From Corallochytrium limacisporum Hawaii (Eukaryota > Protista > Pluriformea), in the NCBI GenBank assembly GCA_002811645.1, contig PDIP01000108.1:45360-109359 (forward strand): 64,000 bases of DNA, given 5' to 3'. The notes below the pieces were generated by a model. It made no database searches. It was not told the origin of the DNA and saw only the letters and a list, made by a program, of their open reading frames with translations. A program made the position numbers and the translations under genes. Shown here one piece after another: positions 1-11,613 of the stretch. Within the stretch, counting starts at the first letter, position 1. The number at the start of each line of letters is the position of its first letter.

Positions 1-61
1 TGATCTTATGCTCTTCATGACTAAACAGTCGGTTCCATATTCTACTCATGAGAATACCCAT
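1..61 (-). CDS. ARL5: ARF-like small GTPase ARL5, N-terminal 20 codons (gene continues beyond the window start)
   Basis: Minus strand from ATG at 61 reads MGILMSRIWNRLFSHEEHKI. This closely resembles the myristoylated ARL5 N-terminus (MGILFTRIWRLFNHQEHKV, from memory). Too short for the ORF track. Confidence 0.8.
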   Translation of the reverse strand, partial: MGILMSRIWNRLFSHEEHKI

Positions 62-448
62 GGTTGCTCTTTATGAATTATTCAACACAGTCTATCCCAC
101 AAAAAATTACCTTACCGCTGGAGTCAGGTTTAGCATGCCCATATTTCTAGCGACCTTTCTCTTCCGGGTCTGCTCCAGAAGACTTCGTCGTAACTTTCCT
201 TGAAGTGATCTACACCGCTCGACGACAATGTTCTCGCTGTCACGCACATGTTACTGCTACTCTCTCAAGTACCCAGTTTTGATGACATTGGTGGCTTTTG
301 TGCCGCCCGGTTTCCCTCAGCAGGGGTAAAAACATTCGCTGAGGAACCAAGCCCCGGGCGAGGAGGGGGGGAGGGGAAGGCGGGGAAGTTTGAACTCAGG
401 GGCGAACCACAGCTGGTGTGTGTATATTACTCGTCGATTACTTCTGTG

Positions 449-2155
449 TTAGGATTTCTGTCCCTGTCTGCGCATCTTGCTGACCTTCTCTTTGCGCTTC
501 TTAACATGTTTCGGGATCTTGTTAGCACGCTTTTCACGCTTGGCTTCCTTGACAAGGGCCTTGCGCTCTTTCTTGTCCATTGCTGCCAGCACATTTCCAT
601 CCATGTTGCGGGAGCCTGCTCCGTCATTTATTTCTCCATCTTCGTCACTCTCAGTGCCGTCTCCACTTTCGTCGTCTTCCTCGTCCCGGTCTTCGAACTC
701 CACGTCGTCCTCGTCCTCTTCATCCTCCTCGTCGTCCTCTTCATCGTCGTCCGCAGCATGACGATCGACGCGGACATCTTCTGCGTTCAGATGCTCGAAG
801 CTCACGGTCTTCGCAGTGGGCTTCATTGCACTGTTCTCTGTGACGTCTTTCAACCCCGTTAGTTTGTCGTAGTAGATGCCATCAGTGTTACCTTCCTTAA
901 TTTTTGCAATGTCCTTCTCGACGTCGACAACTTCGTGCAGTGATCGCGGAATGTACGCCTGTTTGAAGACGGCCTCCTCTGCTGCCTGGTCTGGCGTGAG
1001 ATCTGCCGGTTGCTGATCGCCGGCCTGTTGCATGAGCATTTCCAAATGCCGCTCAACCTGGGCCTCTTCCTTGGGCAGCGTAATATCTGTGATGAAATCA
1101 AAGGCTTGCTTCAATGCCATACACATGACACCCTGTCGTCTAAAGAAATCGGTAATGTTCACGATGTCGCGGCGCAAAAAGTCAAAGGCCTGCGGATGCT
1201 CATGCTCGACGGCCTGTCCGACGTCTATGATGTACGGTAGACCCTTGAACAGTAGAATATTATACTCGCTAAAGTCACCGTGGATAAGATGGGCTTCTTG
1301 GTACATTCTGCGAAGGGACAGGCAGATCTGACGGTAGAGTTCCGTTGCGGCCTCTGTATCGTGGAAGTTGACGTCTTTCAGACGCGGCGCTGCCCGTCCT
1401 TCTTTACCCAGGAAAGTCATCAACAGGACATGATTGCGCAGCTGCAGAGGCTCCGGACACGGTACCCCTGCTTTCTTCAGTCGCATCAGGTTCCGCATTT
1501 CTTTTTCGGCCCACATCTTCACCATTTTGCGGGGATTGTGTCGTGAGTAACCTTTGCGGAACCGAAATTCGCCACTCACATAGCGGTCACGATCCTTAAA
1601 GACCAAGATGGACGTTTTGTAGACCTTAATTGCCCGGTCTGTACCGTCAGCCGTCATGGCATGATAGACATTCGCTTCCTTACCAGTGCTGATACAACCG
1701 TACAAACTCTCAAACTCACCACGCACAATCATTTTGAACAGGATCATCTTTGTGCGAGGGTCAAGAACTAATTCAACAGTTGCACGGTCACTCTTGTCCG
1801 TTGTGCGAACTCGGTTCTTCTCTTCCAAGCGCTCTGCCTTTGAAATCGCACCGCTGATCCGATCTCCGTACTTGCGTTCGAGTGCCGAATTCAGATCCTT
1901 CTTTGACATTCCAAGATCCTTATCACTACCACGGAATGTTCCTGCCCTAGCGTTGCTATTTGGCTCCGCTCCGGGTTGTACCGCCCTGTTGCTACCACCC
2001 TCCATGACTGCTGCCTCAATATCGTCCCAAGGGTCATCTCCGTCCTCGTCCTCATCGCTATAGTACAGTTCTCCGTACTGTTCTTCCGCAAACTGCTCCT
2101 CGTGAACGTGTCCCTGCTCCTTGTCATTGGAGTAAACTGCCTGAGAGTCGGTCAT
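449..2155 (-). CDS. RIOK1: Serine/threonine kinase RIO1 (40S biogenesis)
   Basis: 568 aa. Motifs STGKEANVYHA, AIKVYKTSILVFKDRDRYVSGEFRF, WAEKEMRNL and HGDFSEYN; acidic tract and Lys/Arg-rich tail typical of Rio1. Confidence 0.97.
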   Translation of the reverse strand: MTDSQAVYSNDKEQGHVHEEQFAEEQYGELYYSDEDEDGDDPWDDIEAAVMEGGSNRAVQPGAEPNSNARAGTFRGSDKDLGMSKKDLNSALERKYGDRISGAISKAERLEEKNRVRTTDKSDRATVELVLDPRTKMILFKMIVRGEFESLYGCISTGKEANVYHAMTADGTDRAIKVYKTSILVFKDRDRYVSGEFRFRKGYSRHNPRKMVKMWAEKEMRNLMRLKKAGVPCPEPLQLRNHVLLMTFLGKEGRAAPRLKDVNFHDTEAATELYRQICLSLRRMYQEAHLIHGDFSEYNILLFKGLPYIIDVGQAVEHEHPQAFDFLRRDIVNITDFFRRQGVMCMALKQAFDFITDITLPKEEAQVERHLEMLMQQAGDQQPADLTPDQAAEEAVFKQAYIPRSLHEVVDVEKDIAKIKEGNTDGIYYDKLTGLKDVTENSAMKPTAKTVSFEHLNAEDVRVDRHAADDDEEDDEEDEEDEDDVEFEDRDEEDDESGDGTESDEDGEINDGAGSRNMDGNVLAAMDKKERKALVKEAKREKRANKIPKHVKKRKEKVSKMRRQGQKS

Positions 2156-2647
2156 GGTGTTCCACTTTGTGCTCCTTTGGGAATAAAATGTACTGTAATT
2201 ATTGGAAACTTATCCTAAGCTAGAATCTATCTCTATTCTACATATTTCGTTTTTCTTTTTCTTTATCAGATCCTAGTTTAAGCAATGGCTTCACGTGCTC
2301 ACTTTCTTTACTTAGCGCAGAGGCGCTCTAACATATCGACGCATACATACGATCCTATTATCTACCTTTTCTCGCCTCTCCCATGCGCATGGCTCTTGGC
2401 ACTCAATAGGCCCTGCAGGGCTGAGAAACCCGCCCCTTCCGCTTTGAGTGCAAATGGGGTCCGGAGCCCACCACACGCGGACGCGAAGACGTGGTGCGGG
2501 TTGGGTACGGCAGGACACACCCGCACTCGACCCAAAACCTCCCGGGCAGTCCTTCCCCTTTCCCCGCCCTCCCCCAAGGGGGGGGGAAGGGGGTTCAAGC
2601 GGGCGAAATGCAAGTACGTTCCCTCTAGTTTTGTCCCGTGACCCCAT

Positions 2648-5353
2648 TCAATGGTGCTTCGCAATGATGTCGCACAATATTTCCATCGTTCGTTTTGGTA
2701 GAGACTTACGAACTATGGATTGCAAGACGGTGCGGACTTGCTCGTAGGTTGCACCTGACTGTGGAAGAGCCTTGGCCAGCTGCCACCAGAAGTCAAAGTC
2801 CTGATGAAGTTCAGGACTGAGCAGATCGTTTTGGATATGTGCAATCTTTCTTGGCCAATCACGACCATCAATGCCCTCGTCTGTCAAAAGCTTATGCAAA
2901 GTGCGTACATAGAAGTGACTAGGGTCCCATTCCGGCAAGCTGTTATATCCTTGGGGATCTGCTGCGCGGCTGTACAGTTGCCAATGCGGTTCCTGAGCCG
3001 GTACCCAGTCTGGCAGGACGCAGTGCATCGCAGGCATGAACTCTGGGTAAAATGATTGGCCAATGTCCAGGTATGCATTTCCGCTCCCATACGCGCTCTC
3101 GACAATGACCAAATCCACTGCCTTAGCGGCAACAAGGCTGTTGACAATCTCTAAATAGATCCATTGATCAGGTTTCTTCGGGATTGTTTTCACATTGTCG
3201 TAGTAGTACTCGTTGATGATACCGGAAGCTTGCTTGGTCATGGAATCAATGGAATTATAGTCTCTCCTCAAAGCATACCAACTAGCTGATCCTTCATACT
3301 GCTTTGACGTGGGCGGAGCCAGCGCCTTGGCTACCTCATTGGCCAGGCCGATGATCGTGAACTTCTTTTTCTTCTCCCCACGAATAAAGTCCACTAACAA
3401 ATCGTACACTCGATGCGCAAGGTCGTCAATGATTGGGCTAGGTACTTTTGCCACGTTTTGCGTGCTCAAGGCAATCCTGCGGCAGTTGTCACATGCCGTA
3501 CAGAGTTTCATGTTATGCCCAAACAAGTCACCTGTTTGCTGCTGAAGCCAGTCCTCTGCCTTCACATTGAGCTCTGCTTTCGCTTCGACTACAGACTTCC
3601 CCCTTTCCTTGGCCTTCTGTAAAGCTTCCATAAGTGTCGGCATGTCTGCAAACAGAGATGAGTTGTACTGATACAAAACATCTGCTCGACCATCATCCAA
3701 CACAGTGAATCCTTGCTCCCTTGCCAGGGCCACCCTGCGGCACTTCCATGTGTCTCTAGTCCAGCGCACCATCTTTAGGAATTGCTCGGTCGGATCAAGT
3801 CCATCACTACCTCGACGTGTACCCTCAACCATACCTGCAACGAGGGAGACATCTTTCGGCTCATACAGAACAGTGCAAACAGCAGGCAGATTGTCACGTC
3901 CTGCACGACCACTTTCTTGGTAGTATGAACTTAAGGTCTTTGGCATGGTCCGGTGAATAACAAACCGCACATTTGGTTTATCTATTCCCATGCCAAAGGC
4001 TGTTGTAGCCACAATGATAGAATCGTGAGAATCTCGCCAATACATATGATTCTCTTGCTTCGTACTGTCTTCTACCATGCTGTTGTATACCGTCGCCCGT
4101 AGTCCACCATACTGTCTGAGATACTGCGCGCATTCCATTGTCTCATTTACAGTGCGGCAATAGATGATACCAGACATTTGTCGATACCGTTGCTTGATGA
4201 GGGCAAGCACTACCGCATTCTTGTCAATGTCTACATTTGTTCCCAAACTATTTCGGATCCACTCAGCATTGCCAACACGGATAACCTCATATTCAAGGTT
4301 CTTGCGGTCGTACATCTTACGGAAAGTTAAACACCCATCCATGTGTAGAATGCGCTTGCAATCTTCTTCCACTGCCTTCCCAGCGGTTGCTGTAACAGCC
4401 AATATCGGTACTCCTGGATAGTCTACGCGGAGCCGAGCAAGACGAGAGTATGCCGGACGGAATGTGTGACCCCATTCACTGCAACAGTGCACCTCATCGA
4501 TTGCCAGAAGCGCAAGCTGTCTCTGCTCGTTTAGGGTATGCAATATCTTCTTCACCGAGTCGCTGGTGGTGAGCAGTCGTTCTGGCGTCACAAAGAGAAT
4601 CTCGAGACCACGGTACGATTTGGCCACTGTTAGAATTGATATCTCTTCTACATCATCGGTGAGATCGATTATGTCTTCCTTTCCATCAGAACGCTCCTTG
4701 ACATAGTCATCCTCTGCACCCGATTTTGCACGCTTCCTTTTTTTGGCCTTTCCTGTAGATCCGTCCATTACATCTTCATCTGCCACAGGATTTGCCGCCA
4801 TCCATCGCAACCGCTTCATTATCTCCCGACGGTGTGACGGGTCCGTATCAGCGTGGATCCCTGCCGCTGCAATGTCCAGCTCTTGAAGGTGGCCCACTTG
4901 GTCCATCATGAGGGAGACAAGAGGAGTGACGACCACAGTCAACCCCCGTCGATGTAAACTATCGTTCTTCGCAGTCCCATACCTGTCCCTGGTGCTCATT
5001 GCCACAGCAGGCAGTTGATACAACAGAGACTTGCCGAATCCGGTTGGCATAATAGCCAGAACATCTGATCCGTACAACACAGAGTTAATTACTTCCCGCT
5101 GAGGTTCCTTAAAGTAATGAATGCCAAACACGTCGGAAGCAAGCTGTAGAGTCCGTTGATCCCAGACTTGTGTGTCGCTGGGAATAAAGCTACTGTTGCA
5201 CTCTTCCAGCTTTTGGAGCCACTCACTCTCTTCTTCTTCGAGGTCCGCATGCTGAGCCGTCAAATAGTTGATCTGGGCTTCGATTTTCTTTCGTTGCGCT
5301 TGTACAGCCTCCAGCTTCTTGCGGACGTATTCTCTTCGCCCGCTGTCTGCCAT
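2648..5353 (-). CDS. RecQ-family DNA helicase (RECQ1-like architecture)
   Basis: 901 aa. Walker A MPTGFGKS, DEVHCCSEWGHTFRPAY, VATTAFGMGIDKPNVRFVIH, YYQESGRAGRD; RQC Zn ligands C...CRR...CTACDNC; N-terminal coiled coil. Confidence 0.93.
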   Translation of the reverse strand: MADSGRREYVRKKLEAVQAQRKKIEAQINYLTAQHADLEEEESEWLQKLEECNSSFIPSDTQVWDQRTLQLASDVFGIHYFKEPQREVINSVLYGSDVLAIMPTGFGKSLLYQLPAVAMSTRDRYGTAKNDSLHRRGLTVVVTPLVSLMMDQVGHLQELDIAAAGIHADTDPSHRREIMKRLRWMAANPVADEDVMDGSTGKAKKRKRAKSGAEDDYVKERSDGKEDIIDLTDDVEEISILTVAKSYRGLEILFVTPERLLTTSDSVKKILHTLNEQRQLALLAIDEVHCCSEWGHTFRPAYSRLARLRVDYPGVPILAVTATAGKAVEEDCKRILHMDGCLTFRKMYDRKNLEYEVIRVGNAEWIRNSLGTNVDIDKNAVVLALIKQRYRQMSGIIYCRTVNETMECAQYLRQYGGLRATVYNSMVEDSTKQENHMYWRDSHDSIIVATTAFGMGIDKPNVRFVIHRTMPKTLSSYYQESGRAGRDNLPAVCTVLYEPKDVSLVAGMVEGTRRGSDGLDPTEQFLKMVRWTRDTWKCRRVALAREQGFTVLDDGRADVLYQYNSSLFADMPTLMEALQKAKERGKSVVEAKAELNVKAEDWLQQQTGDLFGHNMKLCTACDNCRRIALSTQNVAKVPSPIIDDLAHRVYDLLVDFIRGEKKKKFTIIGLANEVAKALAPPTSKQYEGSASWYALRRDYNSIDSMTKQASGIINEYYYDNVKTIPKKPDQWIYLEIVNSLVAAKAVDLVIVESAYGSGNAYLDIGQSFYPEFMPAMHCVLPDWVPAQEPHWQLYSRAADPQGYNSLPEWDPSHFYVRTLHKLLTDEGIDGRDWPRKIAHIQNDLLSPELHQDFDFWWQLAKALPQSGATYEQVRTVLQSIVRKSLPKRTMEILCDIIAKHH

Positions 5354-5678
5354 GATCAGTGTCTACCAGAAGCATTGATAACAGATTCACGCTTCAACGG
5401 CCCACCTACATTAAGTCATGTTTTACATATTCTCCTCTGCACATTTACTGCCCTGCGTGGAAATCTCTTTACCACATATACCCATATCTGTGCTTTCAAA
5501 TAGCCCAAGACCCACTGTTAACCAACTTTTGTGTCGAGACGGGGAGACCCACCCAGTGCATGGTCGCTCCGATGACACGGGGTTAGGGATAGGGAATCGA
5601 GACGAAACTGGGCGAAAGAGGGAACGATGAAAATAGACTCCCATTTTGGAAATGCCGTTTGCTTCGCTTCGCCTCGTT

Positions 5679-5692
5679 TTTCGCGCGCGAAA
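5679..5692. promoter_or_regulatory. Palindromic double E2F-type site in a divergent promoter
   Basis: TTTCGCGCGCGAAA is a perfect palindrome with TTTSSCGC on both strands. It lies midway between the RecQ and gamma-tubulin starts. Confidence 0.55.
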
Positions 5693-6080
5693 TGGCACGG
5701 TGGGTAAAACGGGGCGGAGCGCCCCATCGAAGGGCAACCCATCCGAACCGCGCCGAAAGGGAGGACCGCCCAGTCCGGACGGGTGTTGGGAGGCGGATTT
5801 GGTGCGTTAACTCCGGGGGTCCATGCTTCAACTCGCCTGGGTTCTGAAGTGAGATCGCCAGTTTGGCTTCGTTGCCCATAAGTAGGGTGAGATTGAATTG
5901 ATGTGAAGGTAATCGGGACGATGCGTATTGAATGTCATGGCTGGTCAAGTGGAGATACTAAACAATCACTGGTCTAGTATCGGTACATTGATCAGTGCAA
6001 ACTGGGAGTTTATGTGTGATTGAACTTTGCAGAAGGAACCAGAGACACTTCTGTATTATTTCTTCTTTGTGTCAGGAACC

Positions 6081-7565
6081 ATGCCGCGCGAAATTATCAC
6101 TTTGCAGATGGGCCAATGTGGCAATCAGGTTGGTCTAGAGTTTTGGAAGCGCCTGTGCCTGGAGCACGGCATTTCTCCCAGCGGTATGTTAGAGGATTTT
6201 GCCGTCACTGGTAGCAGTGCCGTAGCCAATACTGCAGCAGATCGTAAGGATGTGTTTTTTTACCAGGCTGATGATGACCACTACGTACCTCGTGCCATTC
6301 TGGTCGATCTGGAACCCCGAGTGATTAATGCTATTCAGAACTCCCCGTACGCGAGACTGTACAACTCTGAGAACATTTTCACGTCGGAGTCGGGAGGTGG
6401 CGCCGGTAACATTTGGGCCAGTGGCTATGCTCAGGCTGACAAGGTCCACGAAGAGATTTTTGACATTATCGATCGTGAAGCGGAGAACAGTGACAGTCTG
6501 GAAGGGTTCCAGCTCTGTCACGCGATTGCGGGTGGCACTGGTTCCGGTATGGGTTCCTACGTGCTTGAGCACCTGAACGACCGCTATCCCAAGAAGCTGA
6601 TTCAGACTTACAGTGTATTCCCCAATGCTAGCGAGACCAGTGATGTCGTTGTGCAACCATACAACTCAATTCTGACCCTGAAACGTCTAACTCTCCACGC
6701 CGACAGCGTGATCGTGCTCGACAACACCGCGCTGAACCGTATTGCGGTCGACCGCCTCGGAGTGCCCACACCCGATTTCACACAGATCAACCAGATCGTG
6801 TCCACCGTCATGAGCGCCTCTACCACCACGCTGCGCTACCCGGGATACATGAACAATGATTTGGTTGGTCTCACAGCGTCCCTGATTCCGACTCCGCGCC
6901 TGCATTTCCTGATGACGGGGTACACCCCGCTCAGCACGGACGCCTCCGGCCAATCCACGGTGCGTAAGACCTCGGTTCTCGATGTCATGCGCCGTCTGCT
7001 GCAGCCCAAGAACTTGATGGTCAGCGTGCCCATGCGCAAGGGCTGTTACCTGTCCATCCTTAACATCATTCAGGGCGAAGTCGACCCCACGCAGGTGCAC
7101 AAGTCCCTGCAGCGCATTCGCGAGCGTCGCCTAGCCAATTTCATTCCTTGGGGTCCGGCAAGTATTCAGGTTGCCCTCAGTCGCAAGAGCCCCTACGTTC
7201 ACACCTCGCATCGAGTTAGCGGTCTCATGATTGCCAACCATACATCCATCTCGACGCTTTTCGAGCGCAGCTGCCGACAATACGATAAGTTGCGCAAGCG
7301 TGAAGCCTTCCTGGATCAGTTCAAGCGCTTCGAGATGTTTGCGGATGACAACAACGAGCTTGATGACTCCCGTGATGTCGTCCAGCAGCTCATTGACGAG
7401 TACCGGGCTAGTGAGACGCCCGAGTATGCAACGTGGGGCATGGAAGGTCAGGAGCAGGTCGGTGCTCGCGGTCACGGTACTGACGCTAAGGCCAAGACGC
7501 CCACCGATGCCACCTCCGATTCCCGCATGCGCCAGCCTCTGCGTCCCAGTGGCTACAATATTTAA
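6081..7565 (+). CDS. TUBG1: Gamma-tubulin
   Basis: Starts at ATG 6081 with [18 protein letters not shown]; also [18 protein letters not shown] and [18 protein letters not shown]. The ORF-track start at 6027 is a non-ATG extension. Confidence 0.98.
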   Translation: MPREIITLQMGQCGNQVGLEFWKRLCLEHGISPSGMLEDFAVTGSSAVANTAADRKDVFFYQADDDHYVPRAILVDLEPRVINAIQNSPYARLYNSENIFTSESGGGAGNIWASGYAQADKVHEEIFDIIDREAENSDSLEGFQLCHAIAGGTGSGMGSYVLEHLNDRYPKKLIQTYSVFPNASETSDVVVQPYNSILTLKRLTLHADSVIVLDNTALNRIAVDRLGVPTPDFTQINQIVSTVMSASTTTLRYPGYMNNDLVGLTASLIPTPRLHFLMTGYTPLSTDASGQSTVRKTSVLDVMRRLLQPKNLMVSVPMRKGCYLSILNIIQGEVDPTQVHKSLQRIRERRLANFIPWGPASIQVALSRKSPYVHTSHRVSGLMIANHTSISTLFERSCRQYDKLRKREAFLDQFKRFEMFADDNNELDDSRDVVQQLIDEYRASETPEYATWGMEGQEQVGARGHGTDAKAKTPTDATSDSRMRQPLRPSGYNI

Positions 7566-7784
7566 ATCAGGACCTGCAGAACACGAACATCCGATTCATA
7601 TGATTTTAACGTTTCCATCATACCTCATCAAACACGACACACAATCAATATACACTCGTACACTTTTCAGTATCCGCTGTCGGGAGGGGTGGACAGTATG
7701 TAGCGCCTCACCCGCCGTTCGTTTTTCGCGAAGCTGTGAACCGTGAAGCACCGTCATCGGCGAGCCACCCATCTCTTCTCCCCC

Positions 7785-8049
7785 NNNNNNNNNNNNNNNN
7801 NNNNNNNNNNNNNNNNNNNNNNNNNNNNNNNNNNNNNNNNNNNNNNNNNNNNNNNNNNNNNNNNNNNNNNNNNNNNNNNNNNNNNNNNNNNNNNNNNNNN
7901 NNNNNNNNNNNNNNNNNNNNNNNNNNNNNNNNNNNNNNNNNNNNNNNNNNNNNNNNNNNNNNNNNNNNNNNNNNNNNNNNNNNNNNNNNNNNNNNNNNNN
8001 NNNNNNNNNNNNNNNNNNNNNNNNNNNNNNNNNNNNNNNNNNNNNNNNN
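7785..8049. other. Assembly gap flanked by C-runs
   Basis: Run of N. Confidence 0.99.
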
Positions 8050-8385
8050 CCCCCTCCCCCTCCCCTTCCTCCTCTCCTCCCCCCGGGGCGCGGAGCGAAG
8101 GAGGGGACTGGTACAATTGGTGTGTGGGGTTGGGCCCATCTGACTCACCCAGACGCGATTTTACGCAATTTTCCAAGTAACCAACGTTTTCTGCATCAAT
8201 GCTTATGATTTGGTCGTTGGTCTTCTTTACTGATCGGCTATTTCATTGTTTATGAGACACACTTATAGTACGTCTGATGATGATGTATGCTCCTTAAGAT
8301 TTGTAGCAGCATTCTCAGTGGCCAAGGACTTGACAGCATGGCCGGTTGGTAGCCGATCAATTGTTTGTGGGAAGAAAATAAAAGC

Positions 8386-9366
8386 ATGCTCCCACCAGTG
8401 AGTCCGGAAACTGCCAAAGTTGCAGGTGCCGTGGCGAGAAGATTGGGACAATGGATCGCCCGTCAGGAAATGCGGGCCCCCGGAAAGCTTCTGGTCGTCT
8501 CGGGCGCAGGCTTGAGTACGGACTCCGGGCTTCCCGACTACAGATCGCCTGGACGTCCACCGCACAGGCCCATGACCATCCAGGAGTTTCTTGCCGATCC
8601 GGTGACGCGTCGTAGATACTGGGCACGTTCGATGCTGGCATGGGAGCGATTCAACCTGGCACAGCCCAACCACGGGCACCGGGCCCTGCAGGAGCTGGAG
8701 CTCCAGAACCTGAGTCTGACCCACGTCACTCAGAATGTCGATGGCATCCAGCAGAAGGCCGGGAGTGAGCGAGTAGTCGAGCTCCACGGTAGTGTGAACA
8801 GGGCCTTCTGTCTGAATTGTAAGTCAGCGGTCGATCGGGAGGAGTTTCAGCGGCAGATGCTTCTGTATAACCCCGATTGGGCCACTGCTGAAGTTCTGGA
8901 GACTGCGCGCAGACCGGATGGGGACGTCGCTCTTGACCGTGACGACTTCCATGCCTTCTCCATTCCTGCATGTCCAAATTGCGAGGCGAGTGATGCAATT
9001 CAACCGGGAGTTGTCATGTTTGGTGCGGCCTTGGAACCCGGAATGACGGAACACACGAAGAGCCTGGTCGACGAGGCATCGTCTGTCTTGGTTGTTGGCT
9101 CTACCCTGACCGTCTACTCGGGCTACCGCATGATCAAACAGGCGGCCACGGACAATAAGCCCATCGCCATTGTCAACGTGGGCAATACCCGCGGAGACCA
9201 CCACGCGGAATTGACGTTCCACTACAGCACCACAGAACTCCTTCCACTGGCCTTCAAGGATGCCTTGGAGGAGTTAGGACGGTCTGAGATGCCAGCATCG
9301 TCATCTTCATCTCAACGACCATCATCAGCTCCGCAACAGACCACTGTCTCTGCCTTGGGCGCATGA
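8386..9366 (+). CDS. SIRT4: NAD-dependent deacylase, class II sirtuin (SIRT4-like)
   Basis: Motifs GAGLSTDSGLPDYRS, RRRYWARS, TQNVDG, ELHGS, CLNC...CPNC Zn ribbon, RPDGD and GSTLTVYSGYR. First in-frame ATG is at 8386. Confidence 0.9.
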   Translation: MLPPVSPETAKVAGAVARRLGQWIARQEMRAPGKLLVVSGAGLSTDSGLPDYRSPGRPPHRPMTIQEFLADPVTRRRYWARSMLAWERFNLAQPNHGHRALQELELQNLSLTHVTQNVDGIQQKAGSERVVELHGSVNRAFCLNCKSAVDREEFQRQMLLYNPDWATAEVLETARRPDGDVALDRDDFHAFSIPACPNCEASDAIQPGVVMFGAALEPGMTEHTKSLVDEASSVLVVGSTLTVYSGYRMIKQAATDNKPIAIVNVGNTRGDHHAELTFHYSTTELLPLAFKDALEELGRSEMPASSSSSQRPSSAPQQTTVSALGA

Positions 9367-11613
9367 GCATGCTCACCTACAGTCATCATCCAATCATCAT
9401 CAATTTCATAATACATTTTTCATATTCCTCGAACGTAGAGCATCGTAGTTATCATTTGATTAGTCTGTGTTTGCCACTTGCTACTGCTACCATCAATTGT
9501 GGCATTAATCGCCATGGAACCACCATGCGCTAGCGCTTCCTACGGTGCATCGACAGGTAGAAGCCCCTAAGAAAGGTCAATAATGAAACCATGGTATTTG
9601 ATTCTCCGCTTCTGATTGGACGCACCACTTTCTGTACCACAGAACCAATACTAGTACGCATGTAAGGTGCGCCATCTCTTGACTGGGGATTCGTTGCACA
9701 CATGCGTACAAACCCGTGGAAGCTTCAGAATCATGGTGAGAGCATCCAACGAACATCCTACCAACCTCCACCGCACCGCATTCGCGGTTACCTGAGACTG
9801 GCGGGGCGACCACAGACTACGCAGTGCGCATGCATGCTCATCGCATGCTTCAATTCGAAAAAGGTTTGAGGTAGGATCCGTGACATCCCCAAAAGTGCCT
9901 CACTCGTCACGATCCTATTCTCCTAATGATGCTCCGGCTTCCGGCTTCCTGATCAGGCATGCCGACAATTGTGTGACACCCAACTGTTCATCTCCTCGCA
10001 TTCCTTTTCGAGCAAACTACTCTTCGTGTCCACGAGCGTTCCATGGTGTCCTTTTTGCCGTGCGCATCTGCCTATTCGCTGTCTGCATGTCGCTGCGGAT
10101 GATCACTGCGCTGTGAGATGAGATCCGCTCTTGTCTCCCTGAGACCCGCCTTTTTGGGTGCACGGGCATTCTTCCCGTTAACAGTCCCTTGCGCACGGGG
10201 CCTGATTTCAACCCTCTGATTGGTCGACTCCCCAAAGTATGCCAACCCTCCCACAACCCTCCTCAATTCCTTCATTTTCCCATACTCCCACTATGGGAAA
10301 ATGTGACGACAAGGGAATTGAAAAAAAAAAATATCGCCACGCTAGAGTCGCACAATGCCGCACTCCCCTCCCAACCTTGGGCTGTTTAACATGCAACACA
10401 GACCAGTCCACGGCAGAGTACTGCGACGGGCCCAGGAACCTCTCTGCGCAATTGGTGTGCGTGTGTCGCACTGTGTACCACACGGGTCGATGGCAAGGTT
10501 TGACTGCGCCGCCAGGGGACAGATCATGCTGGCAAACCAAGGAAGAACAAAGAAAGAAACGAAATGGTGGGACACAGAGAGAACAGAAGAGCCCAAAAGG
10601 TTGTATACGTACACACACGCATTCGCGAATGCTGAGGAACGCGATCCATATCAGCCCGAAGATCTCAACGCGCTTCTTCTCTCGATTGGAGCGAAATGGA
10701 TATTGTACGGAGGAGAACTGGCAGGAGATTTGCCTTCTGGTTCGAACTGTGAGGATTTGTTGACTTTATGAGGGTCGTTCGGTCGTGTGCACATCGAGGA
10801 AGTCCGTGCATTCGCCCTGATTAGATGGCCCTTCCAATAGCCTACGTATGGATATTATGCATCTATCACAGATGGTGAGGGATTGGCTAAATCTATATGA
10901 GCACGCAAGCCTGTCTAGGGTCGGGACGGCTCAGACACACGAACGCTCCCGGTTCCCCTTCTTTTACAGCCAGGCACGTAATCTTCGGTCCCCCTCGCCC
11001 TGGTATGTTCACTATGAAAACTGTCGAACAAAGTCCCAGGTACGGTTGACCAACAACAACAAAAAAAAGACAAAAGGACAGTCCGCGACGAAGAGAGGTC
11101 AGAGAGCAGAGCCCCTTTGGATCTCAAGAAAAGTGGAGAGCGGGGGCAGTAATCGATGCTTACGTGCAAACCCCTCCCCCCCCTGTGCGCGACCTCAGTC
11201 TTGTCCTGCCCCACTTCTCCATGGTGAGAGTACGCGGATAAGACGTGTCGTTTTCGACATAGATCCGTTTCTCCTCGCAGATATCCATTAGTCAGCGGAA
11301 AGTAGCGTCAAAGAAACCAACCCTGGGTAGCCTGGTCTTGACTTTTGTAGACGTAAACATCCAACGCAAGCAACGGGGGACCCAACAGAGGCAAAAAGAA
11401 ATGTGGAAAATTACGTGAGAGAGAGAGCGCGCACGCCGAAGAGAGGACGTCAGGCCCCATTTGCTTTTTGGGCAATCGGAGGAAGCTTCCCCTTTTGCTT
11501 CCTTTCCTCGTCTTCCTCCCCGAGACACTGGCGCGCTTGACACCACAAACGTCGAAGCAATTGGCTGCGTTCTTTGAGGAGATGCGGATCTCTGTCGCTT
11601 TGAAGTAAACACA

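Noticed and set aside
97-116. Minus-strand GTAAGGTAATTTTTTGTG as an SL RNA donor plus Sm site
   Set aside because: It lies in the ARL5 leader and lacks the SL RNA hairpin spacing.
5580-5594. Telomere-like TTAGGG singletons in intergenic DNA
   Set aside because: No tandem array; frequency is about chance level.
6027-6080. Non-ATG N-terminal extensions in the ORF track (also LTO1, 6PGD, OSGIN, RPL23A)
   Set aside because: Artefacts of bacterial start-codon rules; conserved N-termini begin at the downstream ATGs.
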